A stretch of DNA of 62,185 bases, filler included, from Vezdaea acicularis (taxonomy: Eukaryota), in assembly GCA_026025075.1 (NCBI GenBank). It is 5 parts of 5 records of this genome, joined end to end, with 100 filler letters (N's around TTAATTAATTAA, not from the genome) between each part and the next. Parts side by side here need not be neighbours in the genome. Positions count along the whole stretch, not along the records: positions 25,543 to 37,745 come from JAPEUI010000245.1; positions 37,846 to 50,043 come from JAPEUI010000246.1; 3 more parts are not named here. One strand, 5' to 3'. The translations under genes were made by a program, and so were the position numbers. Below, in pieces: positions 37,164-50,143 of this stretch; the first letter of the stretch is position 1, and each line of letters starts with the position of its first letter. The notes below the pieces were generated by a model. The model made no database searches. It was not told where the DNA came from and saw only the letters and a list, made by a program, of their open reading frames with translations.

Positions 37164-37745
37164 TGTAATGACTGTACTAGCCCCTAGCTTCTATCAAGCC
37201 TTTTGGGATGAATAAGGGGTAAGGAGGCTAGCTTCGCTTCAGCTTCGCTTCTGCTTCGCCTAGCTCCCTAGCACCTAGCATAAGGCCAGGTGGTTCTTAG
37301 ATCACCTGACATAGACGAGCGTAGCTATTAGAGCTGCTGCTTCCCTTAGGATAGCTCTTCAGCAATCAACTCATCTATTCATCTGAATAACTAGTAGAAA
37401 GGCATCCTCGCTTTGCTTTGTCTGATCTTTCTCCTATCTTGCCTTGCCTCGTCTTGCCTCGCCCCAGTACTATCACTGCATCTAGTCTTCGTCTGCAAGT
37501 TCTTGAGTCCTTGGGAGTTAGCTCACACGCCTACAGACCCTCGCTCTCTGACGAAGCACTGGCCTGTCCTTACACTTTGATTGCTCCTCATACTGTACCT
37601 GTGTGAGCTATCTTCGTTTCACTATCATGGATCCTTCTTCTCAGCCTATTATGATCTCACAAGAGCAACTAGAGCATTTTTCAGCGATGTCTCATCAGCT
37701 TGAACAGATGCAGCAGGAACTGCAAGCTTTAAGACAACCAACACC
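37164..37745 (+). mobile_element. Putative LTR retrotransposon 5' end: LTR about 37164-37480, gag-like ORF from 37627 truncated by the contig end
   Basis: Starts TGTAATGACTGTACTAG and ends CCAGTACTATCACTGCA (imperfect inverted termini, TG...CA); followed by MDPSSQ...QLEQMQQELQALRQPT, a coiled-coil-like start. Confidence 0.6.
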
Positions 37746-37845
37746 NNNNNNNNNNNNNNNNNNNNNNNNNNNNNNNNNNNNNNNNNNNNTTAATTAATTA
37801 ANNNNNNNNNNNNNNNNNNNNNNNNNNNNNNNNNNNNNNNNNNNN
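37746..37845. other. Artificial contig linker
   Basis: N44-TTAATTAATTAA-N44. Confidence 0.98.
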
Positions 37846-38344
37846 ATGTTGAGTGATCAAGCGATATAGGCCCGCGTCCTGGCTGCCTGTGAAGATCCAC
37901 ATTCGGCCATCAAGGGGTACATGATGTGTTTTACACATAATTGAAGCAGATACAAGAACCGAAAATCTCCATTAAGATCGCCTCTTGAGAAAGCAAAATC
38001 TGTCGAGCTGTTGTTCGGGACCACACATTCGTTCACTTCCGGGGTGGCATGTGAGACAAGGGTGCTCGGTTCAGCTCGGCCCGTTCACCCCCGATGGGAA
38101 TTTTTCTTGCCTAACCTTTCTCCGGAGCTTCGAGTCGAACGAGACAGACTCCCATTGCCGCACTCTTTCATAATTCAAGCTTCGTGTACTTCTTTTGCTA
38201 CAATCCTTCGGGCTTCGCCGTTCTTTACTCTTGTACTAATAGTTGTTCACTTCCTTCGGGCATTGCGACTCTCCTTCTCGGTTCAATTGCATCTTTTGTT
38301 TCGACGTCATTTGCATCTTTCGAGGGTACGGCAATTACTTTGCG

Positions 38345-41300
38345 ATGCAAAATCAGGATCATGACGCTAACACCCACGACAACCACAACCGTATGTCTCT
38401 CATTCATGACCGTGAACTGTAGCTTCACATTGTTGAATGCTTAAACCAGACCACTCGCTGAAATTAGCTAATTAAAGATATGACAAACATAGAGATCTCG
38501 CAGCCTCCAGATCACTCTGGTTTGGCAGAGCACATAAACGGAACTCCCCTAACCCAAAATGGCGAAATTGTTGACGAGATGGGAGAAAAAACGGACTCGA
38601 AGGAGCTTCCTGGAGGTACTGCATGCCCTTGACATAGCTTCAATCAGATCTCAAGCATATGCTGACATACAAACTCTTAGACGTCTTCCAACTCACTGTT
38701 AAACTACCTCATGAGCCTTTCGATATACAGATTATGGTACAGACCACGAAGAAGGAATATTAACAGTACTTTTGCTGAAAAGTCATAGGTTTCGTCTCAA
38801 GAGCAGATGCAAGATGTTCGACAGTCTATTATCGAAATTCCTGAGACCTTTCAGTACTCATGTTTCCACCTGGAGCACAACGGCAAACGAGTCAACGACT
38901 TTGTCGAGCTATCAAGCGTGGAGAACATAAGCTCAAAGTCAACCCTATTATTAGTGGAGGATCCATACACCGAGAAAGAAGCTCGAGTACACCTCATCAG
39001 GGTTAGGGAGCTTATTGGTGCTGCAGGCGACCGGCCAGAAACCATACAAGGCATATCTGCCGGGCAGTCTTTATTTGACACCGTCTTGGAGAAAGGGGCA
39101 GACATTGCACAACCTAAAGATTCCAAAGGAGCTTCAACAGACGCTGAGCGGGGCGAGGCGAATGCGCTGTCGGATTATGATTTCAAGAGTTTGGGGACAT
39201 TGCAACGATTAATTCCACAAGCTCAAGAACCAGTGCGTAAAACTGTGAAAGGTATCTCGCTCTCGCCATGGCATCCTCCTCCATTGCACTTGCGGCAAAA
39301 AGGACATCTTCTGTACCTACAGGTGACAACCAATGAAGGGGAACAATACCAGATAACATCTCATGTGTCCGGATTTTACGTCAATCGATCATCTAACAAC
39401 AAATTCGATCCGTTCCCGCGAGCACCACCAAAAAACTATAGAGCACACTCGCTACTCACACTCATATCTGAGATTTCGCCTTCGTTCTCAGGTGCGTTTA
39501 CTGGGGTTCAAGAGTATAACAGCAGAAAAGAACCGTTAGCAAGCATTCAATTGACGAATGCTATACCTAACAACCCCTGGCTTGTAGCATCCTCAAGCTC
39601 GTCAACTCCAACTCATCTATCTGATCCGACTAGGGTTCAGGAAACGTACTTAATGGCGGGCGTTGAAAACAATGATAATCTACGGGACTGGAATGAAGAG
39701 TTCCAGTCTATACGTGAACTGCCCAAGGAGAATGTTCAGGACAGGGTTTTCCGTGAGCGGCTGACTTCAAAGCTTTTCGCCGATTACTGCGACGCAGCCG
39801 CTCGAGGAGCAGTTGCAATCGCCCGAGGAGAGATTACGTCACTAAATCCTACCGAAGAGAAGGACGCTCAAATCTATGTGTATAACAATGTCTTCTTTTC
39901 ATTCGGCGCCGATGGTGTGGGCACATTTGCCTCGGAAGGCGGGGACGAGGCAGCAAGGGTTGCTACAGGAAAAGATGTGCTTGGTGTTAAGGCGGTCAAC
40001 CAACTAGATATTAACGACTTGTTTACTCCTGGAACGGTTGTTGTTGATTATCTTGGTAAAAGACTTGTCGGCCAGAGCATAGTTCCTGGCATTTTCAAAC
40101 AAAGAGGACCTGGGGAGCATCAAATCGACTACGGTGCGGTAGACGGCAGGGATGTGGTAGCGAGCAATCAAGCCTTTGCTCCAATGTTCGAGAAGCTTTC
40201 GAAGGCACTCCATATCAAAGCGCATTCAGTATGGGATAAAGGGGGAAAGCAACACAACCTTGAGGGAAGCGTAGAGACAAAGGGATTGTTGGGCACAGAC
40301 GGGCGCAAGTATGTGCTCGACTTGTACAGACTGACGCCCTTGGACATTTTATGGATTGAAGAACACTGGTGGGACAACGGCGATGCGAAAGGCACTACGC
40401 CAGCCAAGCCAAGGTATCCACACAGGATGACAGTGTTACGACAAGAACTCGTCCAAGATTTGTTCAATACCAAGGCGGCCAATTACGTCAATTCCGAATT
40501 GGAAAAGAAAAAAGAGAAGTACGAGGAGAATACGATTGTCGCGAAGAAGAATGGCACTCAGCAGTCTTCTGATGGTGTTGACAACGTCAATGGTCAGGCT
40601 GTCACAGAGAAAGAGGCGGAATCTCAAGATGGCTCAGCGGACGAGCAAGAGAAAGTGGACCTCTCTAAATTCTCCTTTGCTCTCAATCCTGATGTTTTCA
40701 ACGGACAATCTCCCGAGACAGCAGAGGAGAAAGAGGTATGGGCTCAGGACGAGGAGGATGTGCGATCGGCTTGTAATCACCTACGTTCAGTCGTGATACC
40801 AAGGTTGATTCGCGACCTTGAAGAAGGCGATGTTGGCTATCCTATGGATGGAGCGTCTCTGACACGACTTCTTCATAAGCGGGGGATCAACGTAAGGTAC
40901 CTTGGAAAGATTGCCAACATTGCTCAGGAAAAACTTCCAAGACTAGGAGCACTCAAAGGGCTAGCTACTCAAGAGATGATTACGAGGGCATTCAAGCATG
41001 TGGCAGGCAAATACATGCGACCCTTGCCGGTGCCTTTCATTGATGCATGCCTGTCGCATCTTTTGAATTGCTTACTTGGTGGCGAGTTCAATGCTGCTCC
41101 AATCGCAGAGGTGGATGAGATGATGCGGGAGCTTTATTCAGAAGCTGATTTCAGCTTTGAGGGCGTGTCCGTGGCAAGTCTCAGGGCTGAGATTGAGGAG
41201 CAAGTCTATTTGCGCTTCAGATACGACTTGAACAGCCAGTGGTTCTCAGATCTCAAGCGTGTTCAGATCCTACGCGAAATATGCCTCAAATTAGGGATCC

Positions 41301-42577
41301 AGATTGAGTCTAAAGAGTACCACTTTGCCGCGCCAGTAGCAAATGTCGAACAGAACGGCTCCGCGATGACAAACGGCGTCACAACAAATGGAGTTACAAA
41401 CGGCCATGCCCCATCTGGCGGCAAGAAGAAGAGGAAAAACGGCGGGCAATCCTCCGAAACCTCGTCACACGCCTCGGAATCTTCGAGGGTGCCAACAACG
41501 TTCAGTCCGAGTGATATCATGAACATAGTTCCTATTATAAAGGACGCTGCTCCGAGAAGCTCTCTGGCCGAGGAAGCACTGGAAGCGGGACGAATATCAA
41601 TAGCACAGGGCCAGAAAGACCTGGGCCAGGAACTCCTTCTAGAAGGTCTATCTCTGTACGAGCAGATTTATGGCATAGTGCACCCCGAAGTAGCACGTGT
41701 TTATACTAGCCTATCAATGCTATATTACCAACTGGACGAAAAGCTCGGGGCGGCCGAGCTTGCGCGGAAGGCCGTTATTGTGTCTGAGCGTACGCTGGGC
41801 GTCGACTCTGCGGAGACCCTCCTCGGATATCTCAACCTCGCTCTGTTCGAGCATGCAAACAGTAACACCTCTCTTGCCATATCCTACATCAGACACGCTC
41901 TCGAGCTGTGGAAGATTGTGTATGGGCCTGGCCACCCGGATTCGATCACGACCTTGAATAACACCGCTGTCATGCTCCAGCACCTGAAGCAGTACCATGC
42001 ATCTCGCTTGTGGTTTGAAGAGAGTTTGCGGCTCTCAAATGAGATTTACGGCGCGTCGTCTGTGAATACCGCGACGCTGCTGTTCCAGTACGCGCAGGCT
42101 CTGGCCCTTGACCATGACTCGAAGGCAGCCGTAAAGACCATGCGCGAGGCGTACAACATCTTCCTGACTCAGCTGGGTGCAGACGACCGAAACACAAAGG
42201 AGGCAGACAGCTGGCTCGAGCAGCTCACCCAAAATGCCGTCTCCATCGCAAAGCAGGCAAAAGACTTGCAAGCAAGACGTATCAGACGACTCCACTTTAG
42301 TCCGCGAATGGGTCTTGGCGCCACCAGGACACAGCCCGGCGTTGGGCAGAGCATGGCGCAAGTGACGGAGAGAGAGGTGGCGCAGGCTGGCAACAGGGCC
42401 TTCAGGAGCGCAAGCCTGGATTCTAGGAGTATCGACGAGTTGCTGAAGTTTATCGAGGGTAGCGCAGAGACGAAGCGGAAGAGCGGGCAGAAGATTGGGC
42501 GGGCGAATCCGAAGAGAAGGGGTGGGTCGGGGGCGACTACAGCTGCCGCTGCCACTGCTACTGCGACAGCTGTCTAG
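38345..42577 (+). CDS. CLU1: Clustered mitochondria protein (CLU domain plus TPR); 3 short 5' introns
   Basis: FQLTVKLPHEP, GHLLYLQV, LRDWNEEFQS, GTVVVDYLGKR, KGLLGTDGRKYVLDLYR, LHKRGINVRYLG and C-terminal TPRs. Confidence 0.96.
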
Positions 42578-43799
42578 CCAGTAAGCTGAGCAAGAGTTTG
42601 CCAGAGTATGTGGATATCAAAGCATTGAAATAGACGTGGCGACGACACGACCATGTTGGTGGTACTATCCCCTCTTTGTATATGTATATTTTCTTGCTCC
42701 CCATCATCTTTGCTGCATTTTCTGTATCTCCTATTCACACAAGGCCTATATTGCTGTTTTTTTGCGGAAAGACGCCACTCATATCATATCATTGCATCAC
42801 ACCATATCATATCAGCGAACGGTGAGGTTTCAGTCTCATCTGCACTTCTCGACTCTTTTTTTTTTCTCTTCTGTTGCTCCATTTTGGGGGGCGGGGCTGG
42901 CTACTGTAGTGGCAAGTACAGCTGAGCTTTGTATGAGTAGGCTTGCCTCTGTGTTAGTATATAAACTCTATTACTACTACCACCACCATCACCAGTACTG
43001 CTCTCTTGTCACTGTTCATTACTACCCAGACGTTTGGACGAGCGTTGTTGATGTGACTACCCAAGCCCGATGAACCTAGCTTATCATAGCATTCACTCCA
43101 TGCCCCTCTCACAGACCACGTGAAATGAGTTCCTTCCCACCCATCCGTCCACTCCGGGCGATACGCGTGACTCTCTGCGCCACCGCGCCTGCTCGGCTGG
43201 GGGAGTTGATTTTGGGGAAATTGGGGTAGGAGGATTGGTTTGTGGGAGATGTGAGATTGTTGAGGTCAGGCGGCAGTGGGGGTGCTGACGTCCTGAGTAG
43301 ATCTTGCTGAGTATGTCGTGCTGAGAAGGTGGGGGATGGGTGGGCGGGGTATAGCTCGTAGGTCTGTGTAGTGGAACGATTACCGTAGTCTCATGAAGCC
43401 TACCTTCGCTCTCCTCGAGAGGAGGGCGGAGGTGGAGGCGAGTATGAAGGTATGAAGGAGGGTACATGTAACTCATCCGCAAGCTCTCGTCATACCCCCC
43501 CCCCACCCCAGTCCTAAGACGTCGAATCCCGCGCCAGCCTGTCCAAGCCTATCCAAGCCGATCTGGCCAAGAATCCTCGCATTTCCCACCTGATATACCA
43601 CGGGAAGGCTTCTCAAATACCGGACCTAACTCCACCCCCACCCTCTCTCCGGCCCGCCAGCGTTGAGGCCCGGAAGTGTGATCCGCCCCACCCATTTCTC
43701 TGTCCCACACGGATCGGCCCGAGGGAGAGGCCGTGGCGAACTGACTAAACCCTGGACTGGACTCCGTGCTCGAAGTGGGGGGGGTTGGGCCGGAGTAAC

Positions 43800-44485
43800 C
43801 CTCCGACAGCCGAGCCAGCTTGCCAGCGGGGGTAGGAGGTGTAAACAATCTGTAACCGCACTTCGAAACCGGACCTTGAAGCCGGGCGTTCCTGCTGGGG
43901 AGGAGGATAGGGCTGGAACGAGTTCCGCGTCCACTTGACACCCTGGGACTCCGCGCTTGAAGGAGAGGGTGGTAGGACACGGAGGGGATGTCCGGTAGCC
44001 GAGCCAGGCAGGCGGGGTAAACAAACTCAAACCGCACCGGGCATTCCCGCTGGGGGGGGGGGGCTACGTGTGGGATAGGGCTGGAACGAGTTCCGGGTCC
44101 AATCGCCCCCTTGTATCATCCCCGAAGAATGGCATGGTAGGACACGGAGTACACCTCCGGTAGCCGAGCCAGGCAGGCGGGGTAAACAACTCGAAACCTC
44201 ACCTCGAAACCTTACCTCGAAGCCGAATGTTTCTCCCGGGGGGGAGCTATGTGTGGGATAGGGCTGGACAAAGTTCCGCATCCAACTGACACCCTGAACT
44301 CCGCGCTCGAAGGAGAGGGTGGTAAGTAGAATCGGAGTAAACCTCCGATAGGGCTGGACAAAGTTCCGCGTCCAATTGACCCCTGTTATCCCCCCCGAAG
44401 AAAGGCGTGGTAGGACACGGAGGCCTCCTCCGATAGCCGAGCCAGCTCCCCAGCTCGTCAGTGAAGTAAACAAGCTGAAACCGCA
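43800..44485. repeat. Degenerate GC-rich repeat cluster, about 4 copies with ~90-180 nt spacing
   Basis: GATAGGGCTGGA(ACG/CAA)AGTTCCG at about 43906, 44075, 44257 and 44347; CCG(G/A)(T/C)AGCCGAGCCAG at about 43803, 43992, 44157 and 44430. Confidence 0.75.
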
Positions 44486-46176
44486 TCTCAAGACCGCAGT
44501 CTGAACACCACCGTTAGCAGGGCGATTCTCTACTGAGGAGGGTCGGGTGGGAGGGGGATGGAATGGACGGGGGGGTCTTGTGGGTAAAACCCTCGACTCA
44601 GGTTTCGAGGTTTCGAGGGTTAGAGGGTTTAGTGACGGGTCGGCTTAGGAAGGGAAGGGGAAGGGGAGAGGGTTGTATACCCCCTCCCTGCCTCCTAACC
44701 CGTCACCCTCCTCCTCCTCCTCCTCCTCCTCATCGTTGCAGATGCGAGCGAGAACAAGCCATACGAAACCCCCCCCCACCATCTAACTCCCATCCCTCCG
44801 TCCATCTGAGCCTACCCCAACCTACCCCACCCATCCTCCTCGAAGGGTGTAAACAATTTGAAACCGGAGTTCTCATCCGCCTCTCCTTCTTCCAGCAAAG
44901 ACGGAACACACCTCCAACGAATCATCTCCCTCGGAAGCTCGATCTGACCAAAGAGAGGGAGAGGGTAAACCCCTCAAACACGTTTCAAGAGAGAAGAGAA
45001 GACGGACGTGAAGACGGACCGGACATCCGGACCCCTCCCCCCACCGCCTTCTCTGTCAAAAGAATGGCTGTTGCATGCAGGAAGGAAGGGAAAAAGCGGA
45101 CAGGGCCGGGAGACGCGGAAGGAGGAGCCGGACCTGTCGGACGCACGCAGCTTGATCGTGTGTGCGATGGGAGGGGTAGGGTAGGGTAGAATAACTTTCA
45201 AGCGTGAAAATAAGCTTATGTCCCCCAGAGCCGGGAGCGGGGGGGCGCGGGTTACCGGATCGGGATTACATTGGCATTGTGCGAGGGGAGAGCACACACG
45301 GTTTTTGGCTCAATGACAGAATCTCACCATTAAGATTAAATCTAGCGAGTGACTCGGGAAACCCAGAAACCCCAACTAACTAGCCCAGGTCCCCCCCCTC
45401 TCCCTCTCCCTTTTCCCGCTTTCTCTTCTTCCCTTCCCTTCCCTTCAATTCAATGCACGCAACGCACGCGACTCGAGAGAGAAGAAGAGAAAGAAAAAAC
45501 GGAGAGAGCAGCCCCAAAAGAAAGAAAAAAAGTCCGACCAAAGATGGAAATGGGGAAATCGAACGCCCGGCGCCCATGCAGAGCAAGAACAGAATGCGGT
45601 TGTTCGCGAGAGGAAAAAGGCGCTCAGAGGCGCTCGCCAGGAGCGTAGGCGCAGAGTATCGAGAATGGAATGGCGGGGAGTATGTAGGAGAGAGAAAGCA
45701 GATGAGAGTGTAGACAAGGAGATGCTGGAAAAGCGAGAGGATGCTTATGAGACAAGCCAAAGGGAGTGTGTTGACAAAAGAAAAAGAGTAGCACGAGAGC
45801 AATCGACATGAAGGAAATTGCAAAGCAATGCAAGTCGAGCCGGTATATCCACCACCATCATAACCACCGTCGTCGTCACCTCAAACCTTCCACAAAGCTC
45901 AACAAACCCAACACTCCCCCAAATAGCCGCCTTCGCGGAAGAGAGAAACAGATACAACCACATCATCATCATCGTCCAAACCAAGCCAGCGCCGCCCTAA
46001 AACCAGACGACGTCAGAGGCGCCCTAGAGTCCTCGTCGAAGAAGAATGATAATCCCAGCATGTTGGCGTTCCCCTCAGTCGTCACCTCGTGATTCCCGAA
46101 ACGCCCGTCATCTTCGGATTATGAGATGGCTGAATTGATGAATGAATCAGTTGCCTGCGCTCCCTCCCCACCACCG

Positions 46177-48636
46177 TCATAAGACTTCGAAGATGCTGCG
46201 CACGATGGGGGCTTCGCCTCGCTGGGCGGGGCTGCGCGGATCACGGTCGACCGTCGTGGGGCTTGCGAGGGCTCCACTTAGAAAACTAAAAGTGGAGGGG
46301 CCGGCGCCTGGGCGTGGGGCCGTTGGTCCGAGGGAGGAATGGAAGGGGTTGGCCATGAATTCGGTGCGTGGCGACATGAGAGATGGCGTGGGTGGCTCTT
46401 CTTCTGGCGCAGGAGCAGGTAGGGTGATTTCGCGATGGACGATATTGTCTAGGACCGGAGCTGGCGCAGATGGGGGAGCTGGCGTATCACGAGTAGGCTT
46501 AGGCGGGAGCGTGAGCGGCACGAATGTATTCTGCTTGAGATCCTCTCGAGGCTGGGCAGCAAAATTGCCAAACGGCAAGTTTTCAGCCGTAGCCGTCTGC
46601 GGCGAAGGCAAGAACGCCGTCTCGCCATGCCACCCGGGGGGAGCAGACTGAGGGACGACAGGCATCATACCAAAGCTATTACCCGCATGCAGAGCGGGCA
46701 TGGCACTCAGGGGGCCTTCTCCGTTCGGACTCGACCTTACAGGCGTCCGGTCCCGGTCATCCGGCAGAGGAGCCGTCTGTGGTTCCGGCCTTACGTCCTT
46801 GTAAGTATCAAGAGCCAGGGATGGTCGTGAGGTGGGGCTGCTGCTAGTGATCGTGTTCGCTCGACCGTTGCCCATCAAGCCCATCATTCCACCACCACTT
46901 CGCCATGATCGAAAGCCTGGCTGCTGCACTCCTAGCTTCTTGTGTAGTCGGCTGCGGAACTCTGACAGCTGATAGATTAGGCTCATGTTGGGACCTATCC
47001 ATCGACTTCGCCTCTTGACGACATCATATGCCTCCTGAACGGTCAGCGAGGGGTTCTTGAAGAGACCATAGGCAACGATCAGACTGGCTGATCGGCTCAC
47101 TCCACACTGGCAGTGCACTAATACTCGCTTTCCTTGCCGGACACGGTCATCGATAACCTCGACAAGAGTGAGTAGGTCATCTACGATGTTCGTGTTGTGA
47201 TCCCATGGGATGTGGATGTATTCAGGTTCTTTTGCAGCAGGTATCATCCCTACCGACGCTTTGGGCGTTGTGGGCGATGCGGTAGAAGCCGTGGTTGGCG
47301 TTGGTAGAGTTTCGAAAGCCGTGGCGAAAGTCATCACTGAGGCTGCTGTGTCTGGAGTCATGATATCCTCGCGCGAACTGAATCCGATGTTCGGCATCTC
47401 CACCGTCCGTGAGAGGGCTTCTTTCTCTCTTCGCTCCTTAGCGACCACGAACGGGTTCTTCACTTCCCTTGCAACGTTGAAGATCACATCAAACTTGGAT
47501 GCTTCCTCATCGTTTGGCTCCAGGTAGAGAAAGACGTGAGGGTCATAGATACAGACAGGTCCAGCTGTGTATGCTGGTGACTTGACTTCCTGCGATAGTG
47601 GAACATCATAATCTTCTTCCTCTTCAAGTTGCGGAAGACCTTGTGAGCTATTTGGTGATGAGTGTTCCGAGATGGCCGATGCTGGTTCAGCGGCTATTTG
47701 CTGCTTGAGGTCTCCTGGATGCCGTGGGCGGTGGAAAAGCGTAGACTGCTGATTAGGCAACGGTGGCAGTTGCATACCTCCATCTGGTCCCCCCACGCTT
47801 GGCGAGAAGAGTGACAATGAAGGTGACGACTGGTGATGTCGCAGCAGATGTGGTCTGTTCGCCGGAGTTGGTGGCACAATGCTAAGACCCTTGGGGCCCT
47901 TACTCGAGAAACTGGCAGCCGGGCCCGGTGTTTGTATGGTTAAACCGAGCTTGCTCGCCCTACGCTTTGGTGGTTTGGGAGGAAGGACGAAGGATGGAGA
48001 CGGTGGTGCTGAGTTGGGATGCGAAGGTTCAAACGCAGATGCGGTTCGGAGTATCGGAGGCGGGGGAGCCTGTCGTGATGGAGGCGGTGGCATCATGGTG
48101 AGAGCAAGATTCTTGGTGTTGCGGGATCGTTTGTTGGGTGAAAGAGGAGGAACTTTCCAGCTCGGTAATGGACTCGGGGGTGGGTTCATCGACAGCTCTT
48201 CTGGTGAGTGAACGCCCGTATTCTGTGACGAGAAGGATGAGAGTCGAACAATCTCAACCGGTGACTCTGGTGATTCTGGAAAGGAAGATGAAGGTGAAGG
48301 GTCGGTGATGGACGATGAATCTGCAGTTGAAATAGTGGTCGTTGGTGAACACTCCAGTGACTCCACGGATTCTGTCGTTGAAGTGGACGTGCTGCCTCGA
48401 TGCTGGTGTTGAAGTAGATATGGGTTGTCGCCCAGGACGGCCAGCGAGTCCTTGTTTGTCACGCCTCCCGCTTTCGTGCTTGCCGACGTAGGTGGTTGTT
48501 GTTGCTGTTGAAGTCGATGAACTAAGCTGCCCTCCTCCGACATTCTCGTCATGTTTGTGTCCTCACCGAACACCGACATGAATGTGGGCAAGGGAGGGTG
48601 ATGAACATTGGTGCCGACCTGGTTGACCACGGGCAT
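46177..48636 (-). CDS. MSG5: Dual-specificity MAPK phosphatase (Msg5/Pmp1-like)
   Basis: Catalytic VHCQCGVSRSA; GPVCIYDPHVFLY, YIHIPWDHN and IGPNMSLIYQL; N-terminal docking-like RNTKNLAL. Confidence 0.88.
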   Translation of the reverse strand: MPVVNQVGTNVHHPPLPTFMSVFGEDTNMTRMSEEGSLVHRLQQQQQPPTSASTKAGGVTNKDSLAVLGDNPYLLQHQHRGSTSTSTTESVESLECSPTTTISTADSSSITDPSPSSSFPESPESPVEIVRLSSFSSQNTGVHSPEELSMNPPPSPLPSWKVPPLSPNKRSRNTKNLALTMMPPPPSRQAPPPPILRTASAFEPSHPNSAPPSPSFVLPPKPPKRRASKLGLTIQTPGPAASFSSKGPKGLSIVPPTPANRPHLLRHHQSSPSLSLFSPSVGGPDGGMQLPPLPNQQSTLFHRPRHPGDLKQQIAAEPASAISEHSSPNSSQGLPQLEEEEDYDVPLSQEVKSPAYTAGPVCIYDPHVFLYLEPNDEEASKFDVIFNVAREVKNPFVVAKERREKEALSRTVEMPNIGFSSREDIMTPDTAASVMTFATAFETLPTPTTASTASPTTPKASVGMIPAAKEPEYIHIPWDHNTNIVDDLLTLVEVIDDRVRQGKRVLVHCQCGVSRSASLIVAYGLFKNPSLTVQEAYDVVKRRSRWIGPNMSLIYQLSEFRSRLHKKLGVQQPGFRSWRSGGGMMGLMGNGRANTITSSSPTSRPSLALDTYKDVRPEPQTAPLPDDRDRTPVRSSPNGEGPLSAMPALHAGNSFGMMPVVPQSAPPGWHGETAFLPSPQTATAENLPFGNFAAQPREDLKQNTFVPLTLPPKPTRDTPAPPSAPAPVLDNIVHREITLPAPAPEEEPPTPSLMSPRTEFMANPFHSSLGPTAPRPGAGPSTFSFLSGALASPTTVDRDPRSPAQRGEAPIVRSIFEVL

Positions 48637-50043
48637 CCTTCAGTGGCGACCCAACGTCACGAAAAGGCCAGTGGCCGGAGCCGAATTGAAGAATTGAAGG
48701 ATAGTCGACGAGGCGTGGAAGATGGAAGGAAGGAAGGAACGACGAAGGACGGTCAGAAAGGAAAGTGGAAAGTGTTGTGCAGTCGGTGAAGGTTCGTTAG
48801 TGGCGGTGGTGCTTTTTTGGAAGCGGCTTCGGGGAAGTGGTGCTGGGTGGAGCGTCTACGACCTGGCTCGCGGCGCGGATGCACGACCAATGCGACTGGA
48901 TACAGGGAAGGCGAGCAGAGAGAGCGTGGATGGGGCTGGCGGCTGGCTTCTCTCCCTCTTGCGGCGATCCCTGATGGGCGAGGGGATTGAAGAGAGAGGA
49001 AGAGAGAATGGGGGATTGGTCGGGCGAGGTCAGTGACAACAGCTGCGACACCACACCCACGTCCCGACGGACACACACGAACGGGGGAGCAAATGGCGAG
49101 GGCGAGACGAGCGAGAGGTCGAGCAGGCGGGCGAGCAAGCAGGCGAATCGCGCTGAGGACCGGGAGGTTTCGCCTTTCGGGCTGTTGCTATGTTTAGACG
49201 TTGCCGCTCTAACTGCGCGGCCCCCGCGAGCCGTGGTTGGGAGGGGGCAGCCGAGCGCAGAGCGAGGGAGCGGACGGTGATGGGGCAGCCGGTGCATCAG
49301 CCCCCGGCGCCGACAACGTCGAGATGAAACGAGGGAGGAGAGGTTAGGGCGGCGTGATGGATGTTGTTAGAGGGAGGGGCCAGGGGGGGGCCAGGACCAG
49401 GGCTGGAAGGCGAGCGCGGGCGCCGGGGTCCGGCCAATCACAGCAGGATCTGGTGGCGGAAAAGTGGAGAACGGACCGGCGGCGGGGCAGGGGGGGAGCG
49501 CAGAAGGGCAGGAAGACGGTTGCAGGGGGCGCCGCCAGGGAAGCCGCGGCCGCTGCTGGAAGGGAGAATGAAAGGACTCGGCGCCGGACGGACGAGCGCG
49601 AGGGCGCTTAGTGGGCCTCGTTCGCTGCGGCCCCAGCCCTAACCCTGATCCCATTGGACGGCGGCCCCGATCCCACGCTGTTGGGACGGGGGTCGGCCGT
49701 CAGCGGTCGTCTGCTTTGGGACGCGCTGGCTCTGCGCTCCAACAGCGCGCGTCCGAGCAGACCCTGACGTCCCTCCGCCTCGGCGGCTCCAAAATATTGC
49801 CCATCATGCTCCTTCCAGCGCCGGTGAGATGAGAAGATACCAAAGATAACCTCCGCAATCTCGCCTACTCGGCTAGGCCCACCGTGGGACGGCGTGGGCG
49901 CCATCGGCCGGTGGACGAACGTACGAACGCGCGCGGACGGAGCATTTCGACGGTCACGGCAGGCGTCGCGCCAGCCCGTTCGGACAAGACGACGGTGCGA
50001 AAAGGGAGAGCGAGGGGGAGAGGCAGATGGCGAGATGGCGAGA

Positions 50044-50143
50044 NNNNNNNNNNNNNNNNNNNNNNNNNNNNNNNNNNNNNNNNNNNNTTAATTAATTAAN
50101 NNNNNNNNNNNNNNNNNNNNNNNNNNNNNNNNNNNNNNNNNNN
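50044..50143. other. Artificial contig linker
   Basis: N44-TTAATTAATTAA-N44. Confidence 0.98.
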
